Shown here in pieces: positions 1-12,379 of a stretch of DNA of 64,000 nt. A program made the translations under genes and the position numbers. How positions within the stretch are numbered: position 1 is the stretch's first letter; each line of letters begins with the position of its first letter. The notes under the pieces are model-generated. The model made no database searches and was not told where the DNA came from. It worked only from the letters and a program-made list of their open reading frames with translations. Origin of the DNA: the human T2T-CHM13v2.0 reference genome, Homo sapiens; NCBI GenBank assembly GCA_009914755.4, contig CP086569.2, positions 3,808,001-3,872,000 of the forward strand, read 5' to 3'.

Positions 1-2333
1 GAAAAGGTAAAATTGACAGATCATTAACAAGATTAAGAAGAAAGAAAATCCAAATAAGCTCAATTAGAAATGAAATGGGAGATATTACAACCAATACCGT
101 GGAAATACAAAAGATCATTCAAGGTTACCCTGAACACCTTTACATGCACAAACTAGAAAACCTAGAGAAGACTGAAAAATTCCTAAAAATATACAACTCT
201 CCTAGATTAAACCAGGAAGACATGGAAACTCTAAACAGACCAGTAAAAAGCAGTGGGATTGAAATGGCAATTTAAAAAAATTGCCAACAACAACAACAAA
301 AAGCCCAGGACCAGAAAAATTCACAGCAGAATTCTATCAGGCATTCAAACAAGAATTGGTGCCAATCCTTTTGAGATTATTTCAAAAAAATAGAGAAAGA
401 GGGAATCCTCCCTCAATCATTCTATGAAGCCAGTATTACCCCAATACTAATCAGGAAAGGATATAACAACAACAACAACAACAACAACAACAAAAACTAC
501 AGATCAATATCTGTGATGAAGCTACAAGCAAAAACTCTCAACAAAATACCAGTTAACCAAATCCAACAGCATATCACAAAGACAATACACCATGATCAAG
601 TGGGTTTTCTTTGAGGGATGCAGGGATGGTTTAACATATGTAAATTAATTAATGTGATACACCAAATTAACAGAATTAAAAACAAAAATTACATGATCAT
701 CTTAATAGATGAAGAAAAAGCATTTGACAAAATCCAGCATCCCTGTATGATAAAACCCTCAGCAAAATTGGGATACAAGGGACATACTATAAGGTAATAA
801 AAGCCGTCTATGACAAATCCACAGCCAACGCTATACTGAACAGGGAAAAGTTGAAGGCATTCCCCCTGAGAACTGGAACAAGACAGGGATGCCCACTTTC
901 ACCACATTTATTCGACATAGTACTGAAAGTCCTAACTAGAGCAATCAGACAAGAGAAAAAAAATAAAGGGCATCCAAATTGGTGAAGAGGAAGTCAAACT
1001 GTTGCTATTTGCCAATGATATGATTCTATATCTATAAAACCCTAAAGACAAATCCAAAAAGATCCTAGAACTAATAAATTAATTCAGTAAAGTTTCAGCA
1101 TACAAAATCAATGTACGAGAATAAGTAGCACTGCTGCACATTAACAGTGACCAAGAAGATAATCAAACCAAGAATTCAACCTCTTTTACAATAGCTGCAA
1201 AAAATAAAAATAAAATACTGAGGAAAGTACCTAACCAAGGAGGTGAAAGACCTCTACAAGGAAAATGACAAAACCCTGCTGAAAGAAATCATAGACATAC
1301 AAAAACAAATGAAAACACATTTCATGTTCATGGATGGGTAAAATCAACATTGTGAAAATGACCATACTGCCAAAAGCAATCTACAAATTCAGTGCAATTC
1401 CCATCAAAATACCACCATTGTTCTGCACAGAACTAGAGAAAACAATCCTAAAATTCATATTGATCCACAAAAGAGCCCACGTAGTCAAAGCAAGACTAAG
1501 CAAAGAGAACAAATCTGGAGGCATCACATTACCTGACTTCAAATTATACTGTAAGGATATAGTCACCAAAACAGCACAGTACTGGTATAAAAACAGGATA
1601 GAGAACCCAGAAATAAAGCCAAATACTTACAGTTAACTAATCTTCAACAAAGCAAATACAAACATGAATTGGGGAAAGGACATCCTATTCAACAATATAC
1701 TGTGACAATTGGCAAGCCAAAAGTAGAAGAATGAAACTGGATCCTCATCTCTCACCTTATACAAAAATCAACCCAAGATGAATCAAGGACTTAAATCTAA
1801 GACCTGAACCTGTAGAAATTCTCAAAGATAACTATGGAAAAATTCATCTAGACATTGGTTTAGGCAAAGATTTCATGACCAAGAACCCAAAAGCAAGTGC
1901 AACAAAAACAAGATAAATAGATATTACTTAATTAAACTAAAAAGCTTCTGCACAGCAAAAGAAATAATCAGCAGTGTAAACAGACAACTTACAGATTGGG
2001 AGAAAATCTTCACAAACCATGCATTTGACAAAGGACTAATATCCAGAATCTAAAAGGAACTCAATCAAATCAGCAAAATAAACAAACAATCCTATCAAAA
2101 AGTGGGATAGGGATATGATCAGACAATTCTCAAGAGAAGATACGCAAATTCCCAACAAACATATAAAAATACTCAGCATCATTAATTATCAGGGAAATGC
2201 TAATGAAAACCACGATGCAATACAACCTTACTTCTGCAAGAATGGACATAATAAAAAAAAATAGACTTTGGTGTGGATACGGTGAAAAAAGAACACTTTT
2301 ACACTGTTGGTAGGAATGAAAACTAGTAAAATT
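1..2333 (+). mobile_element. LINE-1 (older L1P-type) ORF2 region, left part of an element split by an LTR12 insertion. It continues upstream of the window.
   Basis: In-frame similarity to L1 ORF2 runs through the RT domain. ORF 75-275 matches the region [31 protein letters not shown]. Positions 520-1030 carry [34 protein letters not shown] and FANDMILY motifs. ORF 1334-1636 matches [14 protein letters not shown]...[14 protein letters not shown]. Many stops and frameshifts make it a decayed copy. Confidence 0.9.
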
Positions 2334-3080
2334 GTGTCCAGAATTTATTCCTTCTGGTGGGTTCTTGGTCTTGTTGACTTCAGGAATGAAGCTGCAGACC
2401 TTTGCGGTGAGTGTCAGAGTTCTTAAAGATGGTGTGTCCAGAGTTTGTTCCTTCAGATATTCAGATGTGTCTGGAGTTTCTTCCTTCTGGTAGTTTCGTG
2501 GTCTCCCGGACTTCAGTAATGAAGCTTCAGACCTTTGTGGTGAGTGTTACAGCTCTTAAAGGTGGTGTGGACCCAAACAATGAGCAGCAGTAAGATTTAT
2601 TGTGAAGAGCAAAAGAACAAAGCTTCCACAGTGTGGAGGGGGACCCAAGCAGGTTGCTGCTGCTGGCTTGGGTGGCCAGCTTTTATTCCCTTATTTGGAC
2701 CTGCCCATGTCCTACTGATTGGTCCATTTTAGAGACTGCTGACTGGCACATTTTACAGAGTGCTGATTGGTCCATTTTACAGAGTGCTGATTGGTCTATT
2801 TTACAGAGGGCTGATTGGTGCATTTACAATCCTTTAGCTAGGCACAGAGTGCCGATTGGTGTGTGTTTACAGAGTGCTGATTGGTGCATTTACAATCCTT
2901 TAGCTAGACACAGAGTGCTGATTGGTGTATTTTTACAGATTGCTGATTGGTGCATTTACAATCCTTTAGCTAGACACAGAGCACTGATTGGTGTGTTTAC
3001 AATCTTTTAGCTTGATGGAAAAGTTCTCTAAGTCCCCACTCCACCCAGGAATTCCAGTTGGCTTCACCTCTCACAATCAC
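2334..3080 (-). mobile_element. HERV9 LTR12-family solo LTR (minus orientation) inserted into the L1
   Basis: Reverse complement of 2334-2590 matches the LTR12 U5/R end (…CTCTGACACTCACCGCAAAGGTCTGCAGCTTCATTCCTGAAGTCAACAAGACCAAGAACCCACCAGAAGGAA…ACACA). Positions 2700-3000 hold the characteristic 40-45 bp tandem U3 repeats, each with an ATTGG (CCAAT on the minus strand) motif. L1 ORF2 sequence resumes in phase straight after it. Confidence 0.8.
2700..3005 (-). promoter_or_regulatory. Tandem U3 repeat array of LTR12 with about 10 CCAAT boxes (NF-Y-type sites)
   Basis: Repeated units of the form gagtgctgattggtgcatttacaatcctttagctagacacaga, with 'ctgattggt' recurring at about 2713, 2763, 2786, 2808, 2850, 2875, 2917, 2943 and 2984. 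LTR12 U3 arrays are established NF-Y-dependent promoters and enhancers. No activity can be inferred from sequence alone. Confidence 0.5.
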
Positions 3081-3259
3081 TATGGAAAACAGTGTGGAGA
3101 TTTCTTAAAGAAAAAAAGTAGATCGATTGTTTGATCCAGCAATCCCACTACTGGGTATCTACCCAGAGGTAAACAAGTTATTATAAAAAAAAGATACTTG
3201 CACACACATGTTTACAGCAACAATTCTAAAAATATGGAACCAGCCCTAATATGCATATA

Positions 3260-3298
<39 letters not shown>

Positions 3299-3672
3299 CA
3301 TACAATGAAATATTACTCATGAAAAGGAAAAAAATAGTGGCATTCACAGCAACCTAAGTGGAACTGGAGACCATTATTCTAAATAAAGTAACTCAAGAAT
3401 GGAAAACCAAACATTGTCTGTTCCCACTCATAAGAGGGAACTTTCTATGAAGATGCAAAGGCATAAGAATGACACAGTTGACTTTGGGGACTCAAGGCAG
3501 AGGGTGGGATGTGGGTGAGGAATAAAAGACTACACATTGGGTACAGTGTACACTGCTGGGGTGATGTATGCAATAAAATTTCAGAAATCACCTCTAAAGA
3601 ACTTATCCGTGTAACTAAATTCCATCTTTTTCCTCAAAACCTATTGAAATTAAAAATTAAAATTAAAACAAA
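3081..3672 (+). mobile_element. LINE-1 ORF2 C-terminus and 3'UTR, the right part of the L1 split by LTR12
   Basis: Translates to WKTVWRFLKK…DPAIPLLGIYP…TCTHMFTATIL, the L1 ORF2 C-terminal region. It ends in an A-rich tail near 3650-3672. Confidence 0.85.
3268..3296. repeat. (TA)n microsatellite inside the L1 3'UTR
   Basis: Uninterrupted tatatata… run. Confidence 0.9.
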
Positions 3673-3845
3673 AGAAAGCAATTTCTGCAGTTTTACAAAA
3701 TTAAAACTAATTCTTTCTCTGTTGGACTTTGGTGCTCCATAAAATGTTTTCAGGGAATCATAGAAATTGACATCTATTTAGAACACCTACCTAATCCATT
3801 TTCTACTTTTTGGCAGTAGTATACCAGTTTAAAGAAATAATAATT

Positions 3846-4095
3846 TTTTTTTTTTTTGAGACAGAGTCTTGCTCTGTTGCCCAGGTTGGAGTGGAGTGGT
3901 GCAATCTTGGCTCACTGCAAGCTCTGCCTCCCGGGTTCACGCCATTCTCCTGACTCAGCCTCCTGAGTAGCTGGGACTACAGGTGCCCACCACCACGCCC
4001 AGCTAATTTTTTTGTATTTTTAGTAGAGATGGGGTTTCACTGTGTTAGCCAGGAAGGTCTCAATCTTCTGACCTCGTGATCCACCCAGCTTGGTC
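3846..4095 (-). mobile_element. Alu SINE (minus), 5'-truncated
   Basis: Poly-T followed by gagacagagtcttgctctgttgcccaggttggagtg… is the reverse complement of the Alu consensus. It ends inside the left monomer (…gatccacccagcttggtc). Confidence 0.9.
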
Positions 4096-4469
4096 TTTCT
4101 ATTTAGGGACAGATAATCACCCTATATTAATTATTGAAAAACAAATATTAAAATATGGCAGATCTTGTGTCATTACATCTTCAAATTTCTCTTGCATTCT
4201 CTGACAAAAATTTCATTTTTACAAAATAAATTATTGTGCATACTGATTTTTTTCCCACTAAACCACATATTTAAAATATTTAAATTAAAAGTAATTATGG
4301 AGAAATTTTCTTCAGAGTTTACAGTGAAAAAATACCTTATTTCCTATATTATAAATCTAAAATTGTATGGATCACCTTAAGCCCCTAAATAAAGATAAAC
4401 TTCTCAACTTCATAAAAATCTATTTCTAACCACTAACTGGGCACACAATATTGTTTGCCTTTGTTTTAA

Positions 4470-4677
4470 TTTATTTTAATTTTAATTTCAGATTCAGAGA
4501 GTACATGGGCGAATTTGTTAACAAGATGTACAAGATTTGTTCCATGATGCTAAAGTAAGGGCTTCTATTGATTCAGTCATCCAAAGACATAGCATAGTAC
4601 ATAATAGGAAGTTCTTCAGCCCATGGCCCCCTTCCTTCCTACCTCCCTTTGAAGCCCTCAGTGTCTATTGTTCCCAT
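4470..4677 (-). mobile_element. Short L1 3'-end fragment (minus)
   Basis: ttcagattcagagagtacatgggcgaatttgttaacaag… resembles the reverse complement of the L1 3' terminus (ttaagttcaggggtacatgtgcaggtttgttacatag). It abuts the poly-T start of the next L1. Confidence 0.5.
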
Positions 4678-5309
4678 CTTTTTTTTCTTTTCCATTTTTA
4701 TTTTAGGTTCAAGAGGTATATGTGCAGATTTCTTTCACAGGTAAATTGAATGTCACGGGGATTTGGTGTACCGATAATGTCATCATTCAGGTAATACACA
4801 TAGTATCTGATAGGTTTTTGATTATCGCTTTCTTCCTAACCTCGAGCGTCAAGTAGGACCTTGCATCCAGTGTTCCCTTTTTTCGTGTCCATGTGTACTC
4901 AATGATTAAATCCCACTTATAAGTAAAAACATATGGTATTTGGTTTTCTGTTCCTGTATTAGTTTGCTTAGGATAATGGCCTACAATTTTATTGAACTTT
5001 CACATTCCTCATTAGCTGTTGACAATGTTGGGTAATATGATTCATCCAGCTTTGTTCATTTGGCTTTTTAGGATCTTTTTTGATTCCATATGATTTTTTG
5101 AATAGCTTTTTTTTATTCTGTGAAAAATTTTATTGGTAGTTTGATAGGTATAGCGTTGAATCTCTAAATTCTTTGGGAAGTATGGTTATTTAACAATATT
5201 AATTATTCCTATCCATGAGCATGAAATTGTGTCATCTCTGAATTCTTTCAGCAGTGTTTTCTGATTCTGATTAAAGAGAACTTTCACATTCCTCATTAGC
5301 TGTTGACAG
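4678..5309 (-). mobile_element. LINE-1 (minus) 3'UTR and ORF2 C-terminal region, the left part of an L1 split by a MaLR insertion. It carries an internal deletion of about 0.9 kb.
   Basis: Poly-T plus ttttaggttcaagaggtatatgtgcagatttctttcacaggtaaa…gtttgcttaggataatggcct is the L1 3' end reverse complement. At about 4985 the sequence jumps to antisense ORF2 (…ccagctttgttcatttggcttt…attcctatccatgagcatgaaattgtg…). Confidence 0.85.
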
Positions 5310-7750
5310 TGTTGAATATTTGTCCCCATCCTAATCGCATGTTGAATTTTAATCGCCAGCGTTGGAGGTGGGGACTGGTGGAAGATGATTAGATAAGGGC
5401 AATGAAATCTCATGCGTTGGTGTTTTTCTCACAATATTGAGTGAGTTCTCATGAGATGTGGTTATTTAAAAGTATGTCAGTACTCCCCCCACCACTCCTG
5501 CTTTTGCCATGTGATATGCCTGGTCATGCTTCATCTTCTGGAATGAGTAAAATTTCCTGAGGGCTCCCCAGAAGCTGTGCAGATGTTGTCACCATGCTTC
5601 CTGTACAACCTTCAGAATCATAAGCTAATTAAACTTCTTCTCTTTGTAAATTACCCAGCCTCAGGTATTTCTTTATAGCAATAAAGAACAGCCTAATACA
5701 GAAAATTGGTACCAAGGGATGAGACGTTGTTACACATAAACCTTAAAAGGTGGAAGCAGCTTTGGAACTGGGCAATAGGTAGAGGTTGAGAGAGTTGGGT
5801 GGGCTCAGAAGAAGATAGGAATATTAAGGACAGTTTGGAACTCCTTAGAGACTGGTTAAATGATTGTATCCAAAATGCTTATAGTGAAATGAACAGTGAA
5901 GTCTAGATTGCTAAGGTCTCAGATAAAAAATGAGATACTTATGAGAAATTGAGGCAAAGGTTGTATGTTATGCCTTAGAAAACAACTTGGCTGCATTGTG
6001 TTTATACCCTGGGAATCTGTGAAAGTTTGAATTTGAGAGTGATGATTTAGGGTATCTGGTAGAAGACATTTCTAAGCAGCAAAACATTCAAGATATGGCC
6101 TGGCTACTGCTAACAGCTCATGCTGAGATGTAGGACCAAAAAAAAATGTTTTAAAGTCAGAACTTATATTGAAAAGGAAAGTAGAACATGAAAGTTTAGG
6201 AAATTTGTAGGTTTGTCTTGTGGAAGAGAAATAAAAAGCATTTTCAGGGGAATAATTCAAGCTGGCCGTGGAGCAACAACTTACTAGAGAGACTGGCATA
6301 AATAAAAAAGAATCAGGGGAAAGACAATGGGAAAAAGATCTTGAAAGTGTTTCAGAGATCTAGGAAGTAGCCCTTCCAAACACAGGCTCTGAGGCCTATG
6401 AGGACTGAGTTGTTTTGTGGGGCAAGCCCAGCTCTTCACTGCCCTCCACAGCCTCGGAACATTGCTCCTTGTATTGTGGTAACTTTGTCTCCAAACTCAC
6501 CTCAAAGGGCTCCAGATAGAGCTTGGGCTACTGCTTCAGATGGCAAAAGCCATAATCCATAACAGCTTCCATGTAGTTAAGCCTGCAAGTATGCAGAGTG
6601 CAAGAGTAAAGGAGGCTTGGTACCCACTGCCTAGATTTCAGGGGATGTATGAGAAAAGCTGAGTGCCCTGGCAGAAGCTTGCTACAGGGACAGAGCCCTC
6701 ACAGAGAAGCTCTACTAGGGTAGTTCCAAGGAGAAATGTGGGTTTGGAGCCCCACACAGAGCCCCCAGCAGGGCACACCCTAGTGGAGCTGTGAGAAGGA
6801 AGCCAGTGTCTTTCAGCTTCCATAATGGTGAATCTACTGGCAGTTTTCTCCCTGCATCTGGAAAATCTGCTTGTACTCAACAACCCGTGAGCCTCCATGG
6901 AGCTGAACCCTGCAAAGCCAGAGCTGCACAGCTGTCCAAGCCTTTGGGAGCCCACTTTTTGCACCATTGTGCTCTAGATATGTGTCATGTAGTAAAATGA
7001 GATTTTTTGGAGCTTTAAGATTTAAGGACTGCCCTGCTGGGTTTTGAACTGGCATGAGTCCTGTAATCCCCTTCTTTTGGATGTTTTCTCTATTTTGGAA
7101 CAATATTGTTTACCCAATGACTATACTTCCATTGTAATTTGGAACTAAACCACTTGTTTGTGATTTTACAGGCTTATAGGTGGAAGAAACTTGCCTAATC
7201 TCCATTAAGTTTTTAGACTTGGGCTTGAGACTTTTAAGATAATGCTGCAATGAGTTAAGACTTTGGGGGAATATTGAGGAGGTGTATTTATATTTTTCAA
7301 CGTGAGAAGGACATGAACTTCGAAAGGAGCAGGTGCATATTAATATAGTTTGAATATTCATCTCCACATAAATCTCATGTTGAATTGTAATTCCCAGTGT
7401 TGGAGCTATCAATGAGCCTAGTTGGAGGCTATTGGATCATGAGAGTGAATCACTCTTGGCTTGGTGCTTTCCTCACTATAATGAATGAGTTCTCATAAAA
7501 TCTGGCTGTTTGAAATTATGTGTCACCTCCCCACTCCTTTTGCTCCTGATTTTTTCATGCAACATGCCTGCTCCTGCTTTACCTTCTGCCATTAGTAAAA
7601 GCTCTCTGAGGCATTCTCAGAATATGAGCACATGCCAGCATCATGATTCCTGTATACCCTGCAGAACTGAGAGCCTATTAAACTTATTTTCTTTATAAAT
7701 TACCCAGCCTCAGGTATTTCTTTATAGCAATGCATGAACAGCCCAATACA
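5310..7750 (+). mobile_element. Complete MaLR (THE1/MST-type) LTR retroelement: 5' LTR 5310-5700, non-coding internal region, 3' LTR about 7346-7750
   Basis: Both LTRs start tgaatatt…gtcccca…catgttgaatt and end …ctttataaattacccagcctcaggtatttctttatagcaat…aataca, which is THE1/MST-like. The internal region matches the MaLR internal sequence (…ggtagaagacatttctaagcagcaaaacattcaagat…). It is inserted into an antisense L1. Confidence 0.8.
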
Positions 7751-10700
7751 GTTGTATTCTTGATATTTTATTTTTCTGATCATTGTGAATGTGATTGCAT
7801 TCTTGATTTGGCACTTAGCTTGGATGTTATTGATGTATAGAAATACTACTGATTTTTATACATTAATTTTGTATCCTGGAACTTGCTGAAGTACTTTATC
7901 AGATCTATCAGCTTTTGGGCAAAGTTTATGGGGTTTTCTAGGCATTAAATCATATCATCTGAAAACAGAGATAGATTGATTTTCTTTCTTCCTATTTGGA
8001 TGCCTTTTATTTCTTTCTCCTCTTGCCTGACTGTTCTGGCTAGGACTTCCAATACTATATTGAATAGGAGTGGCAAGAGTCAGCATCTTTGTCTCATTTC
8101 AGTTCTCAAGGGGAATGCTTCCAGATTTTGCCCATTCAGTATGATGTTACCTGTGGGTTTGTCACAGGTGGCTCTTGGTATTTTGAAGTATATTCCTTTG
8201 ATGCCTAGTTTATTAAGCGTTTTTAACATATAAGAATGCTTCATCTCAATACATGCAAAAGCCTTTTTTGCATGTATTGAGATAATCATATAGTTTTGGT
8301 TTTTAATATTTTTTATGCAATAAATCACATTTATTGATTTGGGTATTTTGAACAAATCTTGCATCCCAGGGATAAAGCCTACTTGATCGTGGTGGATTCG
8401 CCTTTTCATGTGCTGCTGCATTCAGTTTGCTAGTATTTTGGTGAAGATGTTTGCATCTATGTTCATCAAGGATATGGACCTTAAGTTCTTTTTGTTGTTT
8501 TTTTTTTTTTGTCTCTGCCAAGTTTTGGTTCTGAGTGATGATGGCCTCATAGAAGGAGTTAGGGAGGCATTCCTCTAACACACTTTTTAGAAGTGTTTCA
8601 GTAGGAATGGTACCAGCTTTTCTTTGTACGTCTTGTGTAATTTGTCTGTGAATCCTTCTTGTGCAGGCTTTTTCTGATTGGTAGGGTTCTTATTACTGAT
8701 TCTATTTTGGAACACATTGTTAGTTTTGTTCAGGTGTCAATTTCTTACTGGATCAATCTTGTGAGATTGTGTATTTCTAAGGATTTATTTACTCCTTGTA
8801 GGTTTTCTAATTTGTGGGCAGAGATGTGTTCATAATAATCTCTGAGAGTGTTTCTGTATTTCTGTGAGGTCAGTGGTTATGTCTCCTTTGTCATTCCCGA
8901 TTGTGTTTAATTATATCTTCTTTGTCTTTTTATTAGTCTAGCTAGTGGTCTATCAATCTTATTTGAAAAAAAACAAACCTCTGGTTTCATTGATCTTTTG
9001 CATGGTTTTTCTCCTCTCAATTTCCTTCATTTCAACTGTGATTTTGGTTATTTCTTGTCTTCTACCTTTAAGGTTGGTTTGGTCTTACTTCTCTAGTTCT
9101 CTAGGTGTAATATTAGGTTGTTGATTTGAGATCTTTCTGACTTTTTGATGTGGTTATTTAGGTCTATAAGCTCTCCTCTTTAAACAGCTTTAGCTGTGTC
9201 CCAGATATTTTGATATGTTGCATCTTTGTTTTCATTAGTTTCAAAAAATTTCTTGATTTCTGCCTTAATTTCATTATTTACCCAGACGTCATGCAGGAGC
9301 AGATTGTTTAATTTCTATGTAATTGTATGGTTTGGAATGATCTCAGTATTGATTTCTATTTTTATTGTGTCGTGGTTTAAGAGTGTGATTGTTATAATTT
9401 TTTTTTTTTAATTGGCTGAGAATTGTTTTAGGGCAGACTTCATGGTCAATTTCAGAGTATGGGCTATGAGCAAATGAAAAGAATGTATACTCTGTTGGTT
9501 TCATGTGGAGAGATTTGTAGATATCTGTTAGGTTGTTTTGGCCAAGTGTCGAGTTCAGCTCCCAAATGTCTTTGTGGGATTAGAATTCTTTAGGTATCTC
9601 TTAGCTTCTTTTGGTCAAGTGTTAAGTACAGCTCCCAAATTTTTTTTGTTAGTTTTCTCCCTCAATTATCTGTCTAATACTGCCAGTACAGTGTTGAAGT
9701 TTTTCATTATTATTATGTGGTTATCCAAGTCTCTTTGTAGGCCTCTAAGAACTTGTTTTATGAATCTGGGTGCTCCTGTGTTGGGTGCAAATATATATTT
9801 GGGGATAGGTGAGTCTTGCTGAATTGAAAACTTTACCATTATGTAACGCCCTTCTGTGCCTTTTCTGATCATTGTTAAAGTCTATTTTGTCTGAAATTAG
9901 ATTACCAACCTCTGCTTTTTTTGTTGTTTTCCATTTGCTTGGTAGATTTTTCTCCATCCCTTTAATTTGAGCTCATGGGTGTCTTTGCATGTGAGACGGA
10001 TCTCTTGAAGATACCATACAATTGGGTCTTGCTTCTTTTTCAAACTTTCCCCTCTGTGTTTTCAATTGGGGGATTTAGCCAGTTTATATTTAAGGTTAAC
10101 ATTGATATGTGAGGATTTGTTCCTATCATCGTGCTGTTAGCTGATTATTATGCAGACTTGATTGTGTAGTTGCCTTATAGTGTCGATGGTCTGTGTACTT
10201 AAGTGTATTTTTGTGGTGGCTAATAATGGTCTCTCATTTCCATATTTAGCACTCCCATAGTGACTTCCTGTAAGGAGGTCTGATGGTAACACATTTCCTT
10301 AGCATTTGCTTGTCTGAAAAGGATCTTTTTTCTCCTTTGCATACGAAGCTTAGTTTGGCTGCATATAAAATTCTTGGTTGGAACTTATTTTCTTAAGAAT
10401 GCTGAATATAGGTCCTCAATCTCTACTGGCTTGTAGGGTTTCTGCTGAGAGATTCACTGTTAGCCTGATGGGGCACCCTTTGTTGATGATCTGCCTCTTC
10501 TCTCTAGCTGCCTTCAATATATTTTCTTTCATGTCGACCTTGGAGAATCTGATGTCTATATGTCTTGAGTATGGTCAGCTTGTACAGTATCCTGTATGGG
10601 TTCTCTGCATTTTTAAAATTTGAATGTTGGCTTCTCTAATGAGGATGGAAAAATTTTGGTGGATGATATCATGAAACATGTTTTTTTGTTGTTGCTCACT

Positions 10701-11430
10701 TTTTCTCTCTTTTAGGTATACCAATGAGTTATATATTTGGTCTCTTTATGTAATCCTATGCTTTTGGCTTTTTGAAGGTTTTGTTCATTTTTTTACATTA
10801 TTTTTTTCTTTACTTTTGTCTGGGTAAATTCAGAGAACTAGTCTTCAAGCTCTGAGATTATATCCACAGCTTGGTCTATTCTGCTATCAATATTTGTGAT
10901 TGTATTATGAAATGTTTGTGGTGAGTTTTTCAGCCTTATCAGATCATTTTGGTTCTTTCTCTTTCAGCTCCTGTACTGTTTTGTTGTATTCCTTAGATTC
11001 CTTGAATTGGGTTTCAACTTTCTACTAAATCCCAATGATCTTCATTCTGACCCATATTATGAATTCTATGTTTGTCATTTTAGCCATTTCAGCCTGGTTG
11101 AGAACCATTGCTAGGGGAACTACTGCTATCATTTGCAGGTAAATTTAGATTTTTGAGTTGCTGGAGTTCTTGCACTGGTTCTTATGTGTGTGGGTGTATG
11201 ATCCTTTAATCTTTGAAGTTGCTGGCTTTTGCATGGGGTTTTTTGCTTTTATCTTCTTTGGTGCCCTTGGGGATTTGATTGTGGTATAAAGTATATTCAG
11301 TTGACTAGCTTTTATCCTAGAAGATTTTAGGGGTTTAAGTCTCAGCTCAGCACTCCTGGGCTATATGCTCTAACTTTGGTAGGTTGGTACTGGAAAGGTA
11401 TTTAAAGGTACTGTTGGCATTTTTTACTTG
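7751..11430 (-). mobile_element. LINE-1 (minus) ORF2 plus part of ORF1, continuing the L1 that starts at 4678
   Basis: Minus-strand ORFs 8080-8421 ([12 protein letters not shown]…AKKAF…GIKGIYFKI…NIILNGQ…LEAFPLRT), 8303-8581, 9666-9872 (GRYIMVKFSIQQ…NTGAPRFIKQVL…LQRDLD) and 9745-9957 match L1 ORF2 RT and EN domains. The L1 sequence resumes in register after the MaLR insertion. Confidence 0.9.
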
Positions 11431-12379
11431 GGAGAATACATATATATTGGTGTCATTCAATGTAATAGGACACATAGAAGAATAAAGTAATATATAATGG
11501 GAGGTGACATCTCATTTAAATTTATTGGTGGTGCTTGTAGAATAAATGAGTAAAAACAAATGATGCAAAGAATGCATACAAAATATGTAGGCAATAATGC
11601 CTAGAGTTTTTAGCTGCCTAAGAATATTTCATGCCTTCACCTTATATTTATAGGAAAAACAAAAAGCAGATTTTCTTTGTACACCATATTTATAATTTTA
11701 TCAATATTTCTTGAACTGAATTTCAATGTTGGTTAGAAATTTATGTAAACTATTCTGTATATATCATACAGAGAAAGACTCTTTAGGCTATTGGCTCTTG
11801 ATATGTTAGTATTATCTTAATTCAAATTTGTTTAAAATTTCTACAATAGGAAATATGAACATTTCAGACAAATACTCAAAGAAAAATATTAGAAATTGGA
11901 AGTAAGAAATTTCAGCCTAATGTGCTAATAAATACAGGACTTGGCAGTAGTCGCTCTGTCTGACAAGTAAAATGCTGAAAAAACTAAAAATCAGAGACTC
12001 TTCATAGATCCATCAAATAACAGAAGTCAAAAAAAAAACACACACTATTTTTCAAATTGGAAACACATTCTAGTGAATATGATGAATCACAACTTATTCG
12101 AATAAAATTAAAAGCAAACACTTCGTGGATATTAGTAATGGGGTAGAAAACCCTACTCCCAAATTATACTGTAATTGACAAATTGATGGAAGCTAAGCGT
12201 GGACAAGACTGGGAGCTAAAAGGAAAAACACCTTCAAGGAGGCCTGGTCTTAGGAGGCCCTCAAACTTTTATGCATTTTACCTCTTGGATACATCCCACA
12301 TTTCCACAGTAAAGATAATGGGTGTACTTCTGGCAGGGTGAGGAAAAAATTAGATATTTTTAAATACACCTAGAGCATT

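Noticed and set aside
1334-1636. Intact-looking 100-aa ORF matching L1 ORF2 (and similar ORF2 fragments at 8080-8421, 21847-22131 and 44044-44397)
   Set aside because: These are segments of decayed L1 ORF2 bounded by stops and frameshifts. None of the L1 copies has a complete ORF2, so none is a functional gene.
2700-3005. Regularly spaced 40-45 bp direct repeats that superficially resemble a CRISPR repeat-spacer array
   Set aside because: The sequence is eukaryotic. The repeats are the well-known U3 tandem repeats of HERV9/LTR12, each with a CCAAT box, and the 'spacers' are not unique. Flanking sequence is LTR12 U5 on one side and L1 on both sides.
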